DNA from: Klebsormidium nitens
Taxonomy: Eukaryota > Plantae > Klebsormidiophyceae
NCBI GenBank assembly: GCA_000708835.1
Contig: DF237081.1
Span: 116,136 to 180,135 of the forward strand
DNA length: 64,000 bases
Direction of reading: 5' to 3'
The notes under the pieces are model-generated. The model saw only the letters and a list, made by a program, of their open reading frames with translations, was not told the DNA's origin and made no database searches. Below, in pieces: positions 26,201 to 35,000 of this stretch; position 1 is the stretch's first letter, and each line of letters starts with the position of its first letter. The translations under genes and the position numbers were made by a program.

Positions 26201-29200
26201 GGTCGAGGCAAACTGAGGGTTTCAGTGTGTTTCCACAGTTGACTTCGTTTTACAGGTTATAGCTTTTTTTCAATGCGCCGAATATTCGCTCGCTGCAGAT
26301 GTGCTCCACGCCAATCAGCCGCGCGTCGGGGTCGTCCCGAGAGTTAAGAACTGTCTTAATATGAACGTCATGATCTGGGTAGCCGGAAACTGAGGTCCAA
26401 TACTTAGGATTGACACGTTGATGGCTGAATCGATGCGCCAAACAGTCCACGCCGATCAGCCGCGCGTCGGAGTCGTCCCTGCGGGTCAAGCTCTGGGTTA
26501 CTATTAACCATGAGGCTTTAAATCGCCACAGATATGGTCGCCACTTCGGATTCGAAATACTTTTTTCTTCAACCGCCGAGGTCGATGCGCCGATCAGTCG
26601 CTCGCTGCAATTGTAGTCCACGTGGATCAGAGCGCGTGGGGGTCGTCCTGAGGGTTCACGGCTACGATATGATGAGGGTCATTTCCTGGGTTCTCTTTAA
26701 GCTCAGAAATTCACGTCAAGAAATGGGTGCCAACAATTAACGGCTAAAAACGGGGCGCCGAACAGTCGCTCGCAAAAGTCGTTGTCCTGCGGGTTGAATT
26801 CCGGGTTAGGATCAAAACGAAGGTATGACTTGGGGCGTCCATGTTGTCCCTGCGGGTCAGGACTCGGATCGTCTTACCGAAACAACAGTATACGCTCCTT
26901 CGAATGTTAGCAATGACTATTGGTTGTCACGACTACTGGTTATCATCGATTTCTAGCCCACAGAGAGGGGCGTGCCGTGAAGGTCGGCATATCAAACGGA
27001 GCTCTAAACCCTGCTCTCCACAGAACTTTTTGGAAAAACAAGGAAACGGAGAGCTGAGAATGGACAACTCTTCGTTCTTTCGTGAAACTTCTGCTTCTTC
27101 TGGCAGCCCACCGGGCGGGCAGACCCCATCGACATAACACAGAAAGCGAAAGGCGGATTCGCAATCCAGTCTGATAATTTTCTATAAGTTTGAAAGAGAC
27201 AAAGGAAAGGAATCAAGACGCTTTGCTCACGAGTCGTAGAGGACGCACTGGATGAACTCGTCCGTGAGGTGGCTGCAGTAATGATGCGCCTCCAGCTGGC
27301 GGCTCTTGTCGCTCGCCGCGTGGAAGAACTGCGTGGCCAGAGCAAATTGGCAGGTTAGAAACTCGTTTTGCGTTCAGGGTTTAGAATCTGGTCCGGACAT
27401 GGTGATGAAACGGCTTTGCAAGAAAGGGGTCTTGGATCTCGCGAATGTAGGCTTGACACGCATTTTTGACCTCAGGCTGGGCTTTGGTTGCCGCATTGAA
27501 TATGCGCACCAGATTTCCGAATCTGCCATAGCAATTCGATTCCAGGCGTCGAGCCAACAAAAGGAAAGTCTTCGGTACAGATGTTGAAAGACGATTGATG
27601 GCAGCGTTGAACAACTCAAAGCTTATGAAAGCAGATACGGTTACAAAAGCAAGTGGTCTGCGCCCGACGGACGGATTGTCCGCCCCAAAGGATAAATGGC
27701 GGATGAAGCTTCTTTAAGTCTTCGAGGGATACGATTCAGATAAGATTTCAGGGTGATGGAAGGTCAAAGCCGTTATGCAGGTACGATCCGCGAAGCTTTC
27801 ATATCAACGACGCAGCGATGTCAGATTTATGAGACTCCGACGTTCTTCCGGCCCGTTCTTCTTTGACATCGTAACGAGCCGGCCCCATTTAGAATCACAG
27901 AATCCGGCGCGAGCCGACCCGATCTCTTCGACAGCAAACGACGCCACATAGCTTGACACTATGGCCCTGCATCTTCTAAAGCTTTTCAGGATTGCCTCGA
28001 ACCCACCAAATGTTGCGGGCCTGAGAGCAACTTCCTCTGAAACATCGAATTCCTTCCAAGCGAGAACCTAAAAACTACAAACTCAGCGTGCGCGCGCGCG
28101 CTTACCCCTGCCAGGTGCTGCCGGATCTTGTCGATGGGCCGCAGCAGCGTCGACTCCAGCTTCTTCGCGGTGCCCTTCGCCTTGTCCTCCGTCATGCCGA
28201 CGGCACTCTTGGCGGCGTCCTTCGTCTTTTCTGCCGTTTCTTTGGTCTTGTCCACGGCGCTCTCTGCCGTTTCTTTGGTCTTCCCTAGGACGTTCCCCGC
28301 CTTTTCTTTCGCTTTCTCGAGCAGGTCGTAGTACCGGTCTCCGCGGTCCCGGTCCCTGTCGTCGCGGTCCCTGTCGCGGTCCCGATCCCGGTCCCGGCTC
28401 CGGTCCCAGTCGCGGTACCTTTCCCTAAGCATACCAGCAAAAGTTGTGAGGCTAAGAAAAGAGTTGCCCATTTTGTCGCGCTTGGACGTAATGAGACTAG
28501 ACAAATCTAATACTGATTCGAAGGGTCGACTGCACTGGTCCGTCTGTAATGTGGTCAGGCCTTCTGCTTCAGACTCCTCCCGAGAAACTGCTTTCAGAAG
28601 CAAGAGATGATGTCGTTTTCTGCTGGTAGCTCCTCAATTGCCATGAAGGTACTCCGTCTGCAGAAAAGAGGTACCGGTCCAATGCTGAATCAAAACCTCT
28701 CAAGCCTCCTCGTAATCCGCAGTACCATTTCAGACTGAACAACGTCGGCCATTCGGTTTGTTGCAAAGTTGAGGAGCGCAAACCGACGGAATCAGCTTTA
28801 GGGGAACGATGAACGATACAAGCAGAAAGCTGCGAGGATACGACTGCTGAATTGCTTTTTTTTCGTAGAAAGTGTTTCAATCAGTCTTGACAGAAACCCC
28901 ATTTTCGAGTCGGCTTTAAGCAGCCCTAGATGCAACAAGAGCATCAGCCTTCGGCCTAACATAGCAGGTCGTTTGCATGCACCTTGCACAAACCTCTGAG
29001 CCCAAGAAGGTCTTCTGATTTTCCACTACGTCATGCACGAACTCAACCCGAACTCAAACCACTTCGAAGAAAAGCAAGTCCGAAAAGAAGCTCTGCTGAC
29101 TTTCCTGTCACCTTTCTTGGACCACGCAAAGTCACTTGCTCGGAAGCACGGCCATATGAACCCCCCACATGGAGCGACTTCTCACCTGTCGTCATCCCTG

Positions 29201-29577
29201 GACCTCTCCTCAGCTTGCGCCGCGAAGCTACTCGTCAGGCCGGTGGGAATAAGCCCCCCAATCTTCCCCACCTCTCTCGCCCTCCTTTCCCCTCCCCCCA
29301 CCGCACACTCGTTCGAACTCTTCGTCGTGCTCGGGTTCACTTTCTTCCAGTCGACCGCGCCTTCGACGCCCTTCGAACCGTCGCCCCCGGGGGGTGCCCC
29401 GTCAGCGGCCTGGCCGGAGGCCCTGTTGGCCTGGCGCAGCGCCAGAATCTCCCGCTCCTTTTCGGCGACCACCGGCATGAGCAGGGCCCCCGCGAGGCCC
29501 GCGCCCGCGATGGTGCTCGCGAGCGCCACCAGCGGCTCGCGCTTCACCGCGCGCCACGTGTCCCTCACCGCTTGCAT
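23279..29577 (-). CDS. OBAP: Oil body-associated protein (DUF1264) with an N-terminal hydrophobic segment, RD repeat and LEA-like repeats, about 410 aa
   Basis: Exons 29577-29341 (or -29309), 28424-28106, 27328-27231, 26165-25952, 24624-24460 and 23464-23279. DUF1264 motifs: PIDKIRQHLAGF, RQLEAHHYCSH, QCVLYDSDDPDARLIGVEY, EKKLWHTH, TYGKAWMTW and DRGDALPVGAPTLLMSFT. The exon 1-2 junction phase is uncertain. Confidence 0.85.
24181..24392 (-). repeat. Two intronic copies of the OBAP exon 24624-24460 3' end plus donor
   Basis: GACATCCC(C/G)GGGCCCGACGAG|GT recurs near 24330 and, more decayed, near 24195; spacing about 130-135 bp. Confidence 0.9.
24735..25170 (-). repeat. Four intronic copies of acceptor plus 5' start of OBAP exon 24624-24460
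   Basis: GATCGCGGCGACGCTCTCCCGGTGGGCGC-like units near 24780, 24905, 25035 and 25162, separated by purine-rich (sense strand) spacers. Confidence 0.9.
25618..25852 (-). repeat. Three intronic copies of the OBAP exon 26165-25952 3' end plus donor
   Basis: TGGATGACCTGGAA(C/T)|GT at 25618-25644, 25717-25738 and 25833-25852; all keep GT. Confidence 0.9.
25866..25925. repeat. 12-bp minisatellite, 5 copies
   Basis: CCAATATTCAAA x5 with variants, lying between a donor echo and the true donor. Confidence 0.85.
26290..26860 (-). repeat. Intronic copies of acceptor plus 5' start of OBAP exon 26165-25952
   Basis: GGACGAC(C/T)CCGACGCGCGGCTGAT-like units near 26340 and 26478, with weaker ones near 26648, 26785 and 26847. 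Confidence 0.8.
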
Positions 29578-31940
29578 GGCGGCGCAGGGGGGTGGTGTGT
29601 TGAGGCGCTCTTATCGTGCGGTGCTTTGAAGTTCTTCTGCTGTCACCGCAAGAGTAAGAATGCCCCTCCTCTCTATAAACTGCTCAGCTGTTCCCCTGCC
29701 AGCTCTACACAGGAGTCGCAGTTTTGCGGCTGAGCTCAATGCTATTTTTGGAGGGTTGTGCGCTTCGGTTGAAAGAGGTGGAATCAACGAAGCTGCTAAT
29801 GATTTCCCACCCGCTCTTTTGGAGAGAGGATCACATGGGCGAGGGAATCACCTGGCTAGGGTCGTCTTGCTTTCGGATCTTTCCCTTGCTGCGAAAACGC
29901 CGGTCCCACTATTCCGCATGCAGGCCTGATTGGGAACCACGCGCACGGGGGTTATGTTTTGACTAGAACGAGTTCACACGCTCTGCGCTCCTACCAACTC
30001 AAACCCAACACCTAAACGCGACCTCGCCGGCTACTTACTAAGCTTATGCAGCGCACATTGCATGGCGTGGATCGCCGCGCATGACAAGTTCACGATGACT
30101 CGGATATAAATAACCGGGATGCATCTCGATCTCGGAGGGCGGCCCGAGTGTCATGACGGACTAATTTAGGTATAATAAGAGCCAGGCATAATAAGCTCCA
30201 ACAAACACTAAAACCCTAACCCAACAATCTACCCGCTCCGCACCCATACCCACCCTAACCACCAAATAACCCTACCCGTCCCAGTGCGGTTACCTTATTA
30301 TTATCTCGGCTTACTATTATTATTCTTGAGTTTGATGCCCGAGTCCAGGCCTGGTCGAAACGTCATCCTGAGAGCTTTAGCTACTCGGTCGACTTGCGCA
30401 AGTCTGTCCTCAAGTGGAGGTTTGATTCAGGGACCTCTTCGAGATGATTGTTGGCAACCTCTTTTCTATACTATAGAATGGAACGGTCAGCTAGCCAACG
30501 GTTGCTGACGCTAGTCACTCATTGTTTGTGGCGGCGTAAATTTTGCAAGCCCCCACCTATATAGAGATTCGACTGCCCAGCCCAAAGAAAATGGACGGGA
30601 AACAAATGCGCATGCATTGGCTCATAAGCGCGCTCGGTGGAAGAGGGCTGTAGCGACCGCCTTCCGGTCTACTGATGATCCAGGCTCCTGCAGATAGTAC
30701 TGTGCGCGATACAAGCAATACCGTCAAGCATGACTTTGCTTTGGAACTTGGTCCAAGTCGGCGAGTTATAGCATACGATCGCTCTCGCTGCCTGCAGAAA
30801 CCGGTTTTGGAATTCGGCTAGAGCGCGCGCCAGAAAGTGTTTCTTCCGAGTTCGGACTCTGAGGCTGCGCAGTAAGCACCTCGTGCAAGTACGAGACGTG
30901 AGATTAATGAAGATTCGAGATGACAATTTGATTCGTCATGCATGGATCAATGCCACGGAATTTAGGCCCCGGGACTCTGCTTGTGTGCAATCAATGATGC
31001 CTGGCAGCCAGTCACACGCGCTAAACGGCCAAGTAATCAGCATGTAGAGGTTGTATGTGATTGGAAGCTTGGGCGCTGACGTCAGGGAAACTGCAGTTTG
31101 AACATGGAACTCAGATTAGGCCGCCTAAGTCCAAAGTGTTCAGATGGGTTGTTATCCAACTGAGCCGCTGTCTAATTACGCTTGACTACAACTACTAGCT
31201 ACGTGAAGGTGGCAGATTGTTACGTAAGGAAGGCAGCGTGATACGGACACCTATACTAAAGAATGCGAGCATAGTCCTTAAATCAGAGTTGAGTGTCAAA
31301 CTCGACTTCAAACGCGTCCTGAACGGACTGACTCTCTTGCAGCTCACACGGACACTACGAACGGACTTACTACCCAAGGCCTTTGCCTGGGGTGTGTACC
31401 TATCTGAAAATCTTGCTTCGATGCTAAAGAATGCAACAAAACCAAACAGTCTACTTCGGTTTCTTTGCTCAACCCGTCCTCAGATTGCAAAACAGTAGAG
31501 GGAGCAAACGGTTAGCTGCAATTCGGTAAGGCAATCACTTCGAGGACTGATTCTCTCGGGCTTGACTATATCCGTATGTGATCCAGATTCAACCCTGCCC
31601 GTAAAAGTCAATCTTCTGCGAGGGATGTGGCCCAATCTTCCCAGCTCCAGGCTAACCCGCCTCTCACCCGAAGAGGGTTTCGGGTTAACCATTCCCACCG
31701 TCCACGCCATCCTACAAACATTTGATTCGGAGGTCGACCTTCCGCAACCCTTCCCATCCACAAACTAACTCCTCTCATGACTACAGGAGTCTTCGTCCGA
31801 GAGAATCCGCGCCCAAATTCTAACCGAGAAACGGTTTTGCCTTAACCCACGACAGACTTCCACTTACACCTGATCCGGAAAGGGTTTCTTTTGACACCGC
31901 ACACACACCGATCCCGTTCCTTGACCGGTGAACGCTTCTA

Positions 31941-32045
31941 CTTAACCCTCCCCGCCCCGGCTCCTAAACCGAGAAAGGTTCGGGCTTAACCCTCCCCGCC
32001 CCGGCTCCTAACCCGGGAAGGTTTCGGGCTTTACCGTCCCCGCCC
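31941..32045. repeat. 44-bp tandem repeat (about 2.4 copies) overlapping the KCS stop region
   Basis: CTTAACCCTCCCCGCCCCGGCTCCTAA(A/C)CCG...TTCGGG starts at 31941 and 31985, with a partial copy at 32029. Confidence 0.9.
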
Positions 32046-35000
32046 AGATGCTATCCGGCTGGGGCTCGATCTTGCGCAGCGCGCGCCAGACCGCGCTGTT
32101 GCACTTAAAGCCGCTGCCGAACGCGATCTGCCACACGCGGTCGCCGCGCTTGACCCGGCCCTGGTACTCCGAGTACGCGAGCTCGTACCAGATCGAGGAA
32201 GATGACGTGTTGCCAAATCTGGAGGAGTAACGAAGTACGTTTCGTTTTGAGAGGTTTCAGGGATGGAGCCAGTTCGGACCTTGACCAATTGAGTCGGTGC
32301 CACAAGAAACGATGTGGTGCCCGACCTGGGGCATTGTAAAACATTCACGGTTTGGGTTTTTAGGGTTTTAGGGCTGGGGCCAGTGTGGACTTTGCTCCTT
32401 CTTTCGAGGACGAGAAGAAGCTCGTACCAGATTGACGATTGCGACGTGTTGCCGGACCTGAAATATCCTTTTGAGTTTCAAAAGTGTTGGCATTCTTGTC
32501 GCAGCTCGGGTCAAGTTTGAAGGTAATGGTTTCCTCCTGTCCTTTGCAAAGCAGGCGGAGCATGGTCGAAGAGGACGTGCTGTCGAAAAGGACAGAATCG
32601 GGAACGCAAGCATTAGGATTTCGTTCTTCGTGGCAGGTGCAGAAATCAAATCTCGACACGTCATCCTGGAAAGATGAGGACCTCGCGAGCTCGTATACAA
32701 AGGACGAAGAAGAGCTATTAGGCAGATCTGAATCAAAATTTGGTCTCAAATTGCGCAAGGATCGTCAGTCTTTCTTACGGGGCCTTTACTCACCTCGAAA
32801 ATGTGAGGGCTCACTTCAATCTGGCCGGCCATTCCTACGAACACAGACCAAGTTTTGTCCGGATGAACCATTCACGAAGCATCCGCAAACTTTCGTTGAC
32901 AGAACCCAGCACCTTGTTTAATCTCTGTTTAGGGACTCGAGCCCCGGGCTCAACCCAGGACATACGAACAGCCCAGCTGAACCGTTCGTAGTGCGCTCTA
33001 TGCAAAGGGCAATCTGAGAGTTGAAACGCCGCCCGTTGTACAGACCTAACCAGCTGCTATTCAACTTTTCGGACAAAGCCTCCAGACTTCTGACCCACCT
33101 CACGCCAGGTCTCCTCCAAGCTGAGTCCTAATCAACCCAACTCAACCGGTGAAGTTTCAGCTTTCACAAAGTGACCCTAAGACCGGAAGCGCGAGCTCCC
33201 CCGTGAGGTGCCATGCCGCTGGGCTCGACCTACCCTCGCAAGCTGCAAGTTCTTCTCCATCTCTTAGACCCGACTCCAAAAGTGAAATGACAAAAGTAAG
33301 ACAAGTAACTGCCTCTTTTGAGAAAGGATCTCGGATCCACAAGACTATGAAGAGGCGCCCACCTGTAAAGCGCCATGCGGCTTGGCTCGACCTGCTCCTC
33401 GGTGAGCTGCAAGTTCTTCTCCATTTCGTCCAGCACGCCTCGCCCCCCCGTGTGGATGCAAAAGTGCTCGAACGCCAGCTTGAAGTTCGGGATGTACGGC
33501 TTCATGTCGAGGCGGAGAACTTTGCGGCCAACCAGAACCAGGAAGAACAGGATCTGCTCCGAGAGGGGGAGAACTAGGGGCCCCAGAGTCGTGATGTTGG
33601 CCTTGAGGGCGTCACCTGGCAGAAGAGGTGACGTCAGCATCTTAGCACTTCCGCAACCTTATGGATTTTTTCTTTATAAACGAGCGCGACTGCCAGCTTG
33701 AAGTTGGGACGTAGGGCTTCATATCCAGGCGGAGGACTTTGCGCCCGACGAGAATTAGGAAGAAGAGGATCTGCTCCGAGAGGGGGAGAACGAGAGGGCC
33801 GAGAGTCGTGATGTTGGCCTTGAGGGCGTCGCCTGAAGAAAAGACGTGACGTCATCTTTCGAAAGAATGTGACATGAGATCTCGGAATGTTTGGTTCCGA
33901 GTTGAGGTGATTTTTTTTTTTCCGCCCGACGAGGACCAAAAAGAAGAGAATCTGTTCTGACAAAAGGGAGCACCACGGGGCCGAGCGTCGGGATGTTGGC
34001 CTTCAGGGCGTCCCCTGCAAAACAGACGTGGCGTGAGCATGTGACGTCAGAGTTAGGCTCACGGGCACAAAACTCTGCGCAGATTAGGACCAGGAAGAAG
34101 AGGAGAAGAGAGAATTGCTCCACGAGGGGAAGAATCGAGGGGAAGAGCGTGGTAATGTTGGCCTTGGCCGGCAGCTGGAAAAAGACGTGACGTCAGCATC
34201 GACGTCTGATCGAGGGTCACGGGCGACTTCAAGATACGGATATCAGGCCTGCAGTCTGGTAACGTCGCAATAACTATAGGTACTATAAGAAGACGTACTA
34301 TGTCCCAAAAATGAAGACAGAGATTCAGTCTTGAGCAGAAAAACCGAAGGCGACCGGGGTGTTGTGGAGGGCGTTGCCCACAAAAAGTTGACGTCAGGGT
34401 CTGGTCGGAGGTTCTCCAATTGGTCATATCTGCTTGAAGAGCGGTGAGTCAAGCAGGCCGAGAATGTTGTCCGTCTTGAGGGCGTCACATGGGAGGATCT
34501 GTGAAGACAGTGATCAAAGCTCAAACATTTTTAAGTCGCCACTTCTGATCGCCCACTAACAATCCCCTTCTTTCAGAGCAGAGTTGTGACCCAAGCAACG
34601 TCAGCGCTTGCAGTTTCTAAAAGTACGATCAGCACAAGACCAGGCTCTGAAGATTGAGCCTCAGGGAAGGCATCAAGACTGGAGATCAAGCGTCTTAACC
34701 CACCTGCGATGTCCACGATCCCCTAGGAAAGCGACACTCCGGGTGTGCCCCTGCCCGTTCTCCCACTGGGCAATTGCAAACATAGCTCTCGTCGCCCCCA
34801 CTTATCAAACCAATGAAATAAATCTTGTCTAAGAACAAGATTTCGAGTCGGTTAACAAAAGTTAAATAAACCTTCGCTACACCTGCCGACGGCCCTGACT
34901 TCGTTTGGAGAGCCGACACCCCCAGCCGTCGACCCTGCCTCCGNNNNNNNNNNNNNNNNNNNNNNNNNNNNNNNNNNNNNNNNNNNNNNNNNNNNNNNNN

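Noticed and set aside
24181-26860. Repeat-spacer arrays resembling CRISPR
   Set aside because: The repeats are copies of the host exon boundary, vary in length and sequence, lie in spliceosomal introns, and no cas genes are present.
29553-29562. ABRE-like GACACGTGGC
   Set aside because: It lies inside the OBAP first coding exon (RDTW codons) and is a single short motif, so it is not supportable as regulatory.
30200-30265. Telomere-like AAACCCTAACCC / ACCCTAACC
   Set aside because: Too short and degenerate for an interstitial telomere; at most a telo-box.
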